Under the pieces are notes generated by a model that saw nothing but the letters and a program-made list of their open reading frames with translations, did no database searches and was not told the DNA's origin. From Calditrichia bacterium (GTDB taxonomy: Bacteria > Calditrichota > Calditrichia > JAJRVZ01): DNA of 64,000 nucleotides. Within the stretch, counting starts at the first letter, position 1. The number at the start of each line of letters is the position of its first letter. Both the position numbers and the translations under genes were made by a program. Location: positions 22,603 through 86,602 of the forward strand of contig CAVZSQ010000027.1 of the NCBI GenBank assembly GCA_963777955.1. The letters are read 5' to 3'. Shown piece by piece: positions 40,113-49,427 of the stretch.

Positions 40113-40784
40113 TCGAGTTCCACTTTCTCTTTGGCCACGGTTTCCCTTCCGCGTCTGATCCGTTCTTCCATGGCTTTAATTTTTTCCTGGGCTGTCCTTA
40201 TCTTAGCTCTTTTTTGCTCAATTTCAGTCTTGTCTTTAATCTCACCTGACTTTTCCTGTTTGTCCAATTTGGCCCTGACCGAATCGAGTTTCACCTTAGA
40301 AACCTGAATCGATTTTTCAGTCTGTTCGATACTTTTTTCAGCATCTTCGATCTTTTGCTTTTTGGATCTGGCATCCATAGAGCGTTGCTGACCAAATTCG
40401 CGACCGGATAAATCCCCTTTATGTTTACCATAAGCATGACCCTGACCCGTGTTCCCCGTCCCTGGTCGAATCCATTGCTTTTCTTTTATCATCCTTTTTC
40501 AGTTCCTGGTCGGCATGTTTCTTTTTAGCATTTTCCTTCATCTTCTCTTCGAACTCTGCTTTTTTTCTTTTTTGTTCTTTATCTTCCTTTATCCTTTCCT
40601 GGTCTTTAACCTTTTTCATCTTGGCTTCTTTGGTTTTGTCCTGATCCACTTTTTCCGGTTTGGATTTATCCTGTTTTTCGCTTTGCGGTTTGGTTTTGTC
40701 TGGTTGCTGAGCAAAAAGTGATCCGGAACCGGCTAAGAAAATTGCCAGGACGATGACCAGCATAATTTGCATTAATTGTTTCAT
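40106..40784 (-). CDS. Secreted Lys/Glu-rich low-complexity (coiled-coil) protein, probably one gene split by a frameshift near 40425-40492.
   Basis: ORF 40425..40784 has a signal peptide plus a KE-rich region. ORF 40106..40492 continues the KE-rich sequence in another frame and ends at the bidirectional terminator. Confidence 0.4.
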
Positions 40785-40828
40785 GACATACCTCTTGGTT
40801 ACGAATATATATGGATTAATTGGAGTAA

Positions 40829-41056
40829 TTATTTCAGTAAATCATCAACTTCTTTCTGGAGATCTTCGGCCTCATTTTTAAGCTCGTCCGTATTTTTCTG
40901 CAACTCGGACACGACTGAATCAACCAGGGCTGAATCAACTTGCACAGTCAGTGTAGTGGTAGTGCTTTCCTGCTGTGTCCCGCCTGTATCGGATTTTTTA
41001 CAGGAACAAAGCATTGACGCAAAAATAAATATGACGATAACAATTATACTTTTCAT
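40829..41056 (-). CDS. Small lipoprotein (coiled-coil), hypothetical.
   Basis: Signal peptide with lipobox LCSC, then an acidic helical region (ELQKNTDELKNEAEDLQKEVDDLLK). Confidence 0.4.
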   Translation of the reverse strand: MKSIIVIVIFIFASMLCSCKKSDTGGTQQESTTTTLTVQVDSALVDSVVSELQKNTDELKNEAEDLQKEVDDLLK

Positions 41057-41298
41057 ACGTTTTCCTCTCATTATATTAGGATAGATTATTCAAGTAATAA
41101 TATTGATATAGTATAAAACTTTCAACCAAAATTTTAAATAAAATTATATATAAATAAATATATTTCTTGCATAGTATCATAATATTGATTACAATTTACG
41201 ACTTTCCGGGATGTTCCGAAACCGGTCTTTGGCCGGGATTAAGAATAGCCAGGAAGAATTAATTGTTCAAGTTTCAAATAATTTGGAGAAGTTTCATT

Positions 41299-41511
41299 AT
41301 GTCACAACGTGAAGTCGGCACCATTAAGTGGTTTGATGCCAAAAAAGGTTATGGATTCATTAACCGCCAAAATGGCGAAGATGTTTTCGTCCACTTTAGT
41401 GCCATTCAGGGCACTGGCTACCGTACCCTGAAAGACGGTCAAAAAGTTGAATTTGAAGTTGTTCAGGGACAAAAGGGTCCACAGGCGACCAATTTGTCTT
41501 TAGCTGAATAA
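41299..41511 (+). CDS. cspA: Cold-shock protein (CspA family).
   Basis: 70 aa from the ATG at 41299 ([21 protein letters not shown]...), with RNP motifs KGYGFI and VFVHF. It is preceded by a roughly 200-nt AT-rich leader. Confidence 0.9.
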   Translation: MSQREVGTIKWFDAKKGYGFINRQNGEDVFVHFSAIQGTGYRTLKDGQKVEFEVVQGQKGPQATNLSLAE

Positions 41512-41538
41512 ACAAATTTACTTTTACTTGCAAGCCGG

Positions 41539-41567
41539 CGCCGCGTCTAACCACGCGGCGTTTTTTA
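41539..41567 (+). terminator. Rho-independent terminator downstream of csp.
   Basis: CGCCGCGT-ctaacc-ACGCGGCG followed by TTTTTT. Confidence 0.65.
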
Positions 41568-41651
41568 TTTATATAGAATGGGAATTTACCCCCGGGCCGG
41601 GTCGTTAAATTATATATTGATAAAATAAAAAAAATTAACGAGGACGGCATT

Positions 41652-42110
41652 ATGTCAGTTACCCGGCGGGAATTTTTACAGACAAGCTTAAGATCGCTCG
41701 GAACTATTTCTGTAACTGGCGCCCTGGTTTCGTATGTTCAAAGTTGTGCCAAATCCAGTCCGACCGGCCCGGACAATACCGGTCAACCGGCTTCATTTAC
41801 ACTCGATCTCAGCCAGACTGCTAACCAGGCCCTGTTGAATGTGGGAGGTACCCTGGCTCTTGGTGCCAATGCTGTAGATAGCCTGGGAATTTTATTGTTC
41901 CGCGCCAGTGCCGCTGAAGTTAAGGCTTACAGCCGCAGGTGTACTCATCAGGGTTGTACTATAGGTGCTTTTAGCAATGGCACGTCCACCTGCCCCTGCC
42001 ACGGCAGTCAATTTAATACCAGCGGTGGGGTAGTCAATGGACCGGCTACTGCATCGCTGAAACAATATATAGCCCAGTTAGATAACACTTTACTCACCAT
42101 TACAGCTTAA
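41652..42110 (+). CDS. TAT-exported Rieske [2Fe-2S] protein (small, probably a lipoprotein).
   Basis: Twin-arginine motif (TRREFLQ), lipobox-like SC, Rieske box I CTHQGC and box II CPCHGS. 152 aa. Confidence 0.85.
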   Translation: MSVTRREFLQTSLRSLGTISVTGALVSYVQSCAKSSPTGPDNTGQPASFTLDLSQTANQALLNVGGTLALGANAVDSLGILLFRASAAEVKAYSRRCTHQGCTIGAFSNGTSTCPCHGSQFNTSGGVVNGPATASLKQYIAQLDNTLLTITA

Positions 42111-42237
42111 ACAACAGTTCTGTCATAAATACAATTAAATTAGATCAGGCGGGTACTTTCAGTTCAAATTACTGCAGCGCTGGTGTTATTGATCGTCATT
42201 ACTTAAATGTACCCGGAATAAAAAAGAAAAGATAATA

Positions 42238-43812
42238 ATGCAGACAAAATTCAAAAAAAAACAGGTGGACTCCACGCGCGATTCTGATTCGGTGATTTTA
42301 AATCAGAACCTGTTTCATTCCGTCCTGGATAGCCTGCTCGAAGGGGTGATTGTAGCCGATAACGAAGGGAAATTCCTTTATTTCAATCCGGTGGCTAAAA
42401 AAATTCTCGGTATTGGTTTGAAAGATGTGCGTCCCGAAGAATGGACTGCTGCATACGGCTGCTACCTTCCCGACCAGATTACCCCTTATCCGCCTGGTGA
42501 TCTGCCGCTGGCCCGTGCTATCCGCGGGCAGGAGGTAACCGATGAAGTCATGTTTATTAAAAATGAACGACGGCCGCAGGGGATTTTTATCAGCATCACT
42601 GGCGGTCCGCTGAAGAGTGTAAATCCGGATATCGAGGGCGGGATTGTGATCATCCGCGATATCAGCGGACTTATTGAATCGGAACAGACACTGCGCCGGA
42701 CAGAAACAACTTTAAGAAAACTGGTCAGTGCCGTGGAACAGACAGCAGATGGTGTAATCATCACCGATACGCAGGGGATTATTGAATATGTTAATCCGGC
42801 CTTTGAAAATTTAACCGGCTATTTCCGGGCAGAGGTATACGGCCAGACGCCCAGGATACTCCGATCCGGTTTACAGGATGAGGCATTTTACGATAATTTG
42901 TGGGATATAATCCTGAGTGGTACACCTTTTAAAGATACCATTGTCAACAAAAAGAAGAATGGGGAACTTATCTGGTGCCAGCAGACCATTACACCAATGA
43001 AAGATCAGGATGGGCAGGTCACAAATTTTGTTTCGGTAATCAAGGATATCACCGAACTGAAAAAGAAGCACGAACAGGATCTGCAATTGCGGCTGGCCCG
43101 TGAATTACAGCAGCGGTTTTATCAGCAGAAAATATCCGCAGCCGGTTTTGATATTGCCGGAGCAGCCTTTCCGGCCGTGGAAACCGGCGGTGATTATTTC
43201 GATTTTATCAAAACCCATGATGGTTACATCTGGCTGGTGGTTGCCGATGTCTGCGGGCATGGCATCGGTTCGGCCCTGATCATGGCTGGAGTGCGGGCTT
43301 ATTTGCATGCCTTTGCCAGGGTCGAATCGGATCCGGGTATTGTACTGGGATGGCTAAACCATGAATTAAAGTCGCATCTGAATGACCGGCAGTATGTGAC
43401 TATGATGCTGGTTCGCCTGCATCCCGGGAGAAAAACAATTGAATTTGCCGGGGCCGGTCATGTACCTGCTTACCTGCTGAATCATGCTGCCGAGATAAGT
43501 TGTATCCTGTACAGCAAGGGTATCCCCCTGGGAATTGATACCCGCGAGATTTATGTTAAGAGTGAGCCTATTCCTCTGCAAGGACAAGATAATCTGATTT
43601 TGATCAGCGACGGGATTGTGGAAGCTCATGCTCTGGACAAATCAGAATTCGGTTATACCCGGGTTCTGGAGATCGTGCGATCGCTGCAACAGGAGAGTGC
43701 CAGAGAAACTCTGGAAGGGCTTTATCAGGCGGTCCGCACCTTCAGGCAGAACCAGCCGCAGGAGGATGATATCACAGCAATTATTTGCAAAGTGAACAGT
43801 CAGGATAGATAA
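42238..43812 (+). CDS. PAS-domain-containing PP2C/SpoIIE-family serine phosphatase.
   Basis: Two to three PAS repeats, then a PP2C domain (GGDYFDF...WLVVADVCGHGIGSALIMAG...LILISDGIVEA). Confidence 0.85.
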   Translation: MQTKFKKKQVDSTRDSDSVILNQNLFHSVLDSLLEGVIVADNEGKFLYFNPVAKKILGIGLKDVRPEEWTAAYGCYLPDQITPYPPGDLPLARAIRGQEVTDEVMFIKNERRPQGIFISITGGPLKSVNPDIEGGIVIIRDISGLIESEQTLRRTETTLRKLVSAVEQTADGVIITDTQGIIEYVNPAFENLTGYFRAEVYGQTPRILRSGLQDEAFYDNLWDIILSGTPFKDTIVNKKKNGELIWCQQTITPMKDQDGQVTNFVSVIKDITELKKKHEQDLQLRLARELQQRFYQQKISAAGFDIAGAAFPAVETGGDYFDFIKTHDGYIWLVVADVCGHGIGSALIMAGVRAYLHAFARVESDPGIVLGWLNHELKSHLNDRQYVTMMLVRLHPGRKTIEFAGAGHVPAYLLNHAAEISCILYSKGIPLGIDTREIYVKSEPIPLQGQDNLILISDGIVEAHALDKSEFGYTRVLEIVRSLQQESARETLEGLYQAVRTFRQNQPQEDDITAIICKVNSQDR

Positions 43813-43978
43813 TAGGCACAAAGGCACTAAGGTACTAAGGAACTCAGGTACTATGAATTCCTGACTATTGGTATGAGACCATTTATGTGTTTTATTCTTC
43901 CTGCATATCTGTTATATTTCATAAAAATCTTTATATGACTTCTGCAGGGCAGGGCCGTTGAAATTATTCAGAGGAAAA

Positions 43979-44200
43979 AATATGAAAATTCAAGTTTTGG
44001 CCGACGATGATACAGTTTTGGAAACCATTACTGATGTTCATGTCAGTTTAAAATCCCAGAATGGCATGGGTGACCTGCTGGATAAATTGCTCTCTATTTA
44101 TAGACAAAAATATATGACTTATATGTGGGAAAAATATAACCGGGATCGCCGCAGCGGAGAAGACCGAAGACAAGACACGGAAGAAGAAAGACGTGAATAA
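43979..44200 (+). CDS. Hypothetical small protein with an Arg/Asp/Glu-rich tail.
   Basis: ORF only. The likely start is at 43979 (MKIQVLADDD...). Confidence 0.3.
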   Translation, partial: NMKIQVLADDDTVLETITDVHVSLKSQNGMGDLLDKLLSIYRQKYMTYMWEKYNRDRRSGEDRRQDTEEERRE

Positions 44201-44259
44201 CAATTATCGGCGGTCATCAAATCCTCGCATCTATTCTTGAATCAACAAAAGGGGGTAAT

Positions 44260-45474
44260 ATGAGAGGAATTAACATTACTTATCTTTCCTTATTTTTATT
44301 GTCGATCCTGGCCCTGCCTGTTCCTGCTCAACAGATTCCCGATTTACCGATCCCGCTGGGTGCAGGTACGGCGGTGGTCTGGAATAATCAGATTTTTCAT
44401 TTTGGCGGTTCTAATAACTGGTCCGGCAGCATTTGTTATCCGCGCGTTTATAAATATGATGGTATCACCTGGAGTCACCATGATAGTATCCCGGATAATA
44501 ATATGTGGGATCCCAAATCAATTCTGCTGGGCAATGATGTTTACCTGATCGGCGGTTGGCCCGCTGCTGCCAACTATACCCGCAGATATAACCTGATCAG
44601 CGGTGAATGGACCTACCTGGCAACGAGTCCGAATACTCAGACCTGGGGAATTACCTCATCATATTATAACGGCATTATTTATTTGTTTGACTCGAATGGA
44701 AATACCTATTCCTATAATATCGGGTTGAACGGCTGGGAAACGAAAACCAACAACGGAACCACAGCACTCTGGGACCTGAGTTCAGTTCTGTATAAGAATG
44801 ATCTCTATATTATTGGCTATACCGATACCGCCTTTTATAAATATACGCCGGCAAATGATCAGTGGACACGCCTGGCTAATTCTCCCTATCCGGTCGGCGG
44901 TTGTGCTATGGGCGTGATCAATGATTCAATTTACTGTGTGGGCGGTAACGTCAGCGGTAATACCGGTGCCAGTTATCGCAGTGCGGTGGTGTACGATGTA
45001 CTCAGTAATGCCTGGACGCTCTCCAATACCCGGCTCAGCAGCAAACGACACTGGATGGCGACTGTGGCCTATGCTGGCGGTCTGTATGTTATAGGTGGCC
45101 TGGATTCTGCGTCCTATGCAGTAAATACGGTTGAAGAGATCGTACCGCAGGGTACAGCAGTCAGTCTGGCTCGCCAGCAGAACGTCCCGCCGACATATTT
45201 TCTGAAACAGAATTATCCTAATCCGTTCAATCCGCTAACAACTATAGAATATACGATCGCTGCAGTCACTCCTCAGCCAGTAACATTAAAACTATTCAAT
45301 CTGAGCGGGCAATTAATTAAAGTTCTGGTTGATGAGATTAAAAGTGCCGGTACCTATGCGGTCAAGTGGAACGGCCTTAACCAGTCGGGAATACCGGTTA
45401 ACAGCGGTGTTTATCTGTACCTGCTCAGGGCAGGTGATTTTACCGCTACTAATAAGATGATCTTATTAAAATAA
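44260..45474 (+). CDS. Secreted Kelch/beta-propeller repeat protein with a T9SS C-terminal sorting domain.
   Basis: Signal peptide, repeated blocks (YLIGG, YIIGY, IYCVGG, LYVIGG), and a C-terminal roughly 85-aa Por secretion tail (NYPNPFNPLTTIEYTI...FNLSGQLIKVL...SGVYLYLLRAG). Confidence 0.7.
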   Translation: MRGINITYLSLFLLSILALPVPAQQIPDLPIPLGAGTAVVWNNQIFHFGGSNNWSGSICYPRVYKYDGITWSHHDSIPDNNMWDPKSILLGNDVYLIGGWPAAANYTRRYNLISGEWTYLATSPNTQTWGITSSYYNGIIYLFDSNGNTYSYNIGLNGWETKTNNGTTALWDLSSVLYKNDLYIIGYTDTAFYKYTPANDQWTRLANSPYPVGGCAMGVINDSIYCVGGNVSGNTGASYRSAVVYDVLSNAWTLSNTRLSSKRHWMATVAYAGGLYVIGGLDSASYAVNTVEEIVPQGTAVSLARQQNVPPTYFLKQNYPNPFNPLTTIEYTIAAVTPQPVTLKLFNLSGQLIKVLVDEIKSAGTYAVKWNGLNQSGIPVNSGVYLYLLRAGDFTATNKMILLK

Positions 45475-45567
45475 TTTATATTTCGTATCGCAGTTCATAG
45501 TAGAGATATTCGCGGTTCAAGGATTTAATTAAGCAGGTTGAAACCGTTATTTTGCTGAGGAGAGAAG

Positions 45568-47260
45568 ATGAGAAAGTTTTTCGTTTTAGCCCTGTCAAGT
45601 TTGTTATACATTTTTATTTTTTCCTCGTGTACAGTTAATCAGTCCTATACGCTTTCGGAGGATGGATTGCAAAAATTTATTTTTGACTATGAATCCAGGG
45701 TAGAACCTTTAACCACCCTGCGCAGCCAGGCTGAATGGAATGCTTATACTACAGGTAAGGATGAATACTTTGCTGAATTGACCCGGATGAGTCTGCTGCT
45801 TGATTCATTACACCAGAACCAGGAACATTTCCGTTACCTGCAAAAATTGCAGCAGCAGGATGTGGTGAAGACGCCTCTGCTGAAACGGCAACTGGATCTG
45901 TTATATAAAGAATATCTGAGCCGGCAGATCGATCCGCTGCTGAATAAACAGGAGACCGAACTTTCCACTAAACTTGAAAATACCTATGCCAATTACCGCA
46001 CGGCCTGGGAGGGTGGTACTGCTTATTCCGATAATCAGGTCGCCCAGGTTCTGAAAAGTGAAAAGGATTCTGCGGTCCGGGAAAAAATATGGCGGGCGCA
46101 GAAAAATATAGGAGGGCAGGTAGCCGGAGATCTGGTCGAAGTGGCCGGTCTGCGTAATCGCCTTGCCAACGAACTGGGTTATAAAAACTATTTTTATATG
46201 AAGATGGATCTGACTGAAATGGATGCGGAGCAGGTGGAAAAAATATTTAATGAATTGTACACTTTAACTGCAGAACCATACCGGCAGGTACATGACCAGA
46301 TCGAAGAAGTATTCAGCAAACGCTATGGGATCAGGCGGGAGCAACTGCGTCCCTGGCATTATGAAGATCTGTTCGCCCAGGAAGCCCCGGCGATTTACCA
46401 GATTAATCTTGACAAGTATTATAGTAAAGCCGATATCCCGGCTCTGGCTCAGAAGTATTTCGGTTCATTAAATATGCCGGTCGAAGATATTTTACAGCGC
46501 AGTGATCTGTTTGAGCGTGCGGGAAAAAATCAACACGCTTTTTCCTTTAATATCGACCGTAAGCAGGATATCCGTATTCTGTGTAATATTGTACCGGATA
46601 TGCGCTGGATGGAGACGGTATTGCATGAATTGGGACATGCGAATTATGACAAGTATATCGATCAGACTTTACCGTTCCTGCTGCGGGAACCAGCCCATTC
46701 TTTTACGACCGAGGGAATTGCCAATTTGTTTGGAGGATTTTGCCTCCGATGCCGCCTGGATGGCGCAGGCCTTGAATATTTCACCTGCGCAAGTTGAAAA
46801 AATCCGGGAAACCACGCAGGCCAGCGCCCGTTTGTCCAAACTGATTTTCGCCCGCTGGAGTATGGTGATCTTCAATTTTGAGAAATCCCTTTATACCGAT
46901 CCCGGACAGAATCTTGACAGTCTGTGGTGGAATCTGGTGGAGAAATACCAGTTGGTCAGGCGTCCCGATAATCCGCAGGGGAATGAGTGGGCTGCCAAGA
47001 TCCACATTGCCACCTATCCGGTCTATTACCACAATTATCAGTTGGGTGAAATATTTGCGGCGCAGGTGCTGAATACGATCAAGGAAAAATACGGGGTTCA
47101 GGATTTCTGGAATCAACCGGAGGTTGGCACTTATTTAAAGACGCAGGTATTTGCTGCGGGTAAAAAATTGCCCTGGCCGGAGTTTGTGGAACAGGCCTGC
47201 GGCGGCGAGCCGCTGACGGCGAAATACTTTGTGCAGAGGTACGTACAGGACAATGAGTAA
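45568..47260 (+). CDS. M2-family (ACE-like peptidyl-dipeptidase) zinc metallopeptidase lipoprotein, interrupted by a +1 frameshift near 46760-46770.
   Basis: Signal peptide with lipobox (FSSC), then HELGH zinc motif (HELGHANYD). ORF 46502..47260 continues the M2 C-terminal domain (...HIATYPVYYHNYQLGEIFAAQ...) in the next frame. Confidence 0.7.
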
Positions 47261-47283
47261 AATTCCAAATTCCAAATTCCAAA
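47261..47283. repeat. Tandem heptanucleotide repeat (AATTCCA)n, family member 2.
   Basis: The sequence is aattccaaattccaaattccaaa, starting 1 nt after the M2 peptidase stop. Confidence 0.7.
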
Positions 47284-47290
47284 AAAAGAT

Positions 47291-47320
47291 ATGCTATAGC
47301 ACGTGTACCCAGGAATACCT
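47291..47320. repeat. ATGCTATAGCACG...ACCCAGG motif (palindromic core TGCTATAGCA), copy 1.
   Basis: A 10-bp perfect palindrome with conserved flank. Copies 2 and 3 are at 47702-47731 (same orientation) and 48110-48140 (inverted). Confidence 0.55.
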
Positions 47321-47329
47321 GCAACCGGA

Positions 47330-47610
47330 TTACTTTTTGACAGTCACGGTCATCGGTTGAACGGAAATTATTCCCGTGAACACTCCTATCACCAGGTCGA
47401 CAAATTCGAACGACGTGGTGACTTCATAATCCTTCGCGTCACCCGCCATTTGTTTTGAGTCTACATTGTTCAGCGGAACAAGCCCAAACAGTATTTACCA
47501 CTGTCTTTCCGAGGTTGTGGTGCTACCCTGGGCCCCATTTCCAACCGTATGTTTCATCGCATAGCAACCCGCCATCAAATTAATCCTGGTAGATTTCAGA
47601 TTGAATCAAC
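47330..47610 (-). pseudogene. Degenerate inverted copy of the Bor-like lipoprotein gene (about 95% nucleotide identity over about 240 bp to 47860-48097).
   Basis: The reverse complement of 47333-47575 aligns base for base with 47860-48097. This copy has an in-frame TAA (CAGTGGTAAATAC versus CAGTGGTATATAT), a 13-nt deletion in the signal-peptide region, and no ATG. Confidence 0.55.
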
Positions 47611-47701
47611 AGAAATTTATCAATATCTGATCCTCTCAGAAAAAATGGTCATTTTCAAATTAATTTTTTCGCCACCTAATCAAAATATTTTTCAACTAGA
47701 C

Positions 47702-47731
47702 TATGCTATAGCACGATCAGGATACCCAGGG
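47702..47731. repeat. ATGCTATAGCACG...ACCCAGG motif, copy 2, in the divergent region between the two Bor-like copies.
   Basis: tatgctatagcacgatcaggatacccagggatt, compared with copy 1 atgctatagcacgtgtacccaggaatacc. Confidence 0.55.
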
Positions 47732-47803
47732 ATTATCAGAGGGCTCGAATCGTCTATTGGTTCTATAAAATTTTCAAATTGATGATGGAAGGGAGGTGAG
47801 ACT

Positions 47804-48097
47804 ATGAGTAGAAAGATTACCAGTATCTTTTTAATTTGTTCTTTTCTCTTAATGGCGGGTTGTTATGCCATGAAACATACGGTTGGAAATGGGGCCCAGG
47901 GCAGCACCACAACCTCGGAAAGACAGTGGTATATATTGTTCGGGCTTGTTCCGCTGAACAATGTAGACTCAAAGCAAATGGCGGGTGACGCGAAGGATTA
48001 TGAAGTCACCACGTCGTTCGAATTTGTCGACCTGGTGATAGGGGTGTTCACTGGAATAATTTCCGTTCAACCGATGACCGTCACTGTCAAAAAGTAA
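47804..48097 (+). CDS. Bor/Iss-family-like small outer-membrane lipoprotein.
   Basis: 97 aa with an SD (gggaggtgag) and lipobox LMAGC. The C-terminal pattern (...FGLVP...VDSKQMAGDAKDYEVTTSFEFVDLVIGVFTGIIS...) resembles the lambda Bor lipoprotein family. Confidence 0.55.
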   Translation: MSRKITSIFLICSFLLMAGCYAMKHTVGNGAQGSTTTSERQWYILFGLVPLNNVDSKQMAGDAKDYEVTTSFEFVDLVIGVFTGIISVQPMTVTVKK

Positions 48098-48109
48098 TTG
48101 AATTGCGGG

Positions 48110-48140
48110 TGATTCCCGGGATATACCCGTGCTATAGCAT
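48110..48140. repeat. ATGCTATAGCACG motif, copy 3 (inverted orientation), downstream of the intact Bor-like gene.
   Basis: cccgggatatacccgtgctatagcat is the reverse complement of atgctatagcacgggtatatcccggg. Confidence 0.5.
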
Positions 48141-48308
48141 ATCTGTCTTGTATAAATTTTAAAATTATTTCGTATCGATATTGATTTTGTTGTAATCCGT
48201 CATTCGTGCTCCAGGCGACTTGCGGGTCACGTTCAACCCGATTCTCTACTGGTGGCCGTTTTTATTTTGATAAGGATTAAACTGATATATCAAACTTTGT
48301 GATTTTTT

Positions 48309-48734
48309 ATGGGAGGTGCTATCATGAAATGGTGGTGTTTATTATTGATAACTATTTTATTCATGTCTGTTGGATGTGAACGTAAAATTACAAAGATTGA
48401 AAAGGAGACGTCAATTTCAGGTGCAGATTTTCGAGAATATACTAAAAAAGGATTTCTTTTCACTCCATATTCGTACCCTGGGAAATATGAACCTGTGGGT
48501 TTAGTTATATTTTCTATTAGATCAGGTGCTGAATATAAATCAGCGACTTCAGGAAAGAAATCAAAGGATAATAGTTACCGTCCCCATAGCTCAGAATATT
48601 CTCCTGAATATAAAATCTGGTTTTATGATTATGTCGAGATGTCTCAGGTCATAGAATTTGCTTATAAAAAGGCAATCGAAATGGGTGCTAATGCTCTATG
48701 TGATTTCAAAATTTTTTCAAAACACTGTCTATGA
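48309..48734 (+). CDS. Hypothetical lipoprotein.
   Basis: Signal peptide with lipobox (MSVGC). No recognisable family. Confidence 0.4.
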   Translation: MGGAIMKWWCLLLITILFMSVGCERKITKIEKETSISGADFREYTKKGFLFTPYSYPGKYEPVGLVIFSIRSGAEYKSATSGKKSKDNSYRPHSSEYSPEYKIWFYDYVEMSQVIEFAYKKAIEMGANALCDFKIFSKHCL

Positions 48735-49216
48735 CATTTACAGGAAGGGGCTTACAGCCTCTGGGCGGCAAAATGAAAAGGATAAAGCAGGATTTAAATA
48801 ACGGTCTCCAGCAGGGAATCGAAAACCGCAAATTGCAGTGTATTCCTGGTTTGCTGATTGTCCTTACTCATACAACCGGTAAAAATATTATAACACAAAG
48901 CAGAGTTGAGGATTAATTAAAAATCTGACCACGGTAGAATTTATATCCCATGATGTCTCACTAAAATAAATTATGGATATTCCTGGCTGTTTTAAAAGTA
49001 TAAAATATTGTATTAATTTAAAATAGCGATGCAAATAACCAGGTATAAAATTGAATATACTAAATACAAAAATGATAGCAATAAAAAAATCGACCTGCGT
49101 TAAATTTATTTTTGATTAAATTGAATTAGTCTGATATTATGAATCAAATTATAAATGAACACCGTCAAATTAATTTGATTTTTTGACGTATAAAATTTAA
49201 ATTAAAGTTTTGAAAT

Positions 49217-49288
49217 TCCGGCGTGACTCAATGGTAGAGCGGGTGACTGTTAATCACTAGGTTGTAGGTTCGAGTCCTGCCGCCGGAG
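49217..49288 (+). tRNA. tRNA-Asn (anticodon GTT).
   Basis: Cloverleaf with a 7-bp acceptor stem (TCCGGCG/CGCCGGA), D-arm ...AATGGTAGAG, anticodon loop CT-GTT-AA, T-loop GGTTCGAGTCC, and discriminator G. A hairpin plus T-run terminator follows. Confidence 0.8.
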
Positions 49289-49308
49289 CAAAGTAAAAAT
49301 AGGAACTT

Positions 49309-49336
49309 AGGCCGTCCGGCAGGATGGCCTTTTTTA
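49309..49336 (+). terminator. Rho-independent terminator after tRNA-Asn.
   Basis: AGGCCGTCC-ggca-GGATGGCCT followed by TTTTTT. Confidence 0.65.
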
Positions 49337-49427
49337 TTGGAATTAGAGAAAATTGTAGTAAATTGAAATGTTCGGGAAATCATTCGGGAATACGTAAACT
49401 AATTATTAATCAAAAGGAGAAACACAA

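Noticed and set aside
47549-47782. 77-aa plus-strand ORF in the spacer between the two Bor-like copies
   Set aside because: It reads through the degenerate inverted gene copy and the palindromic motif. No RBS. It is more likely non-coding regulatory spacer.
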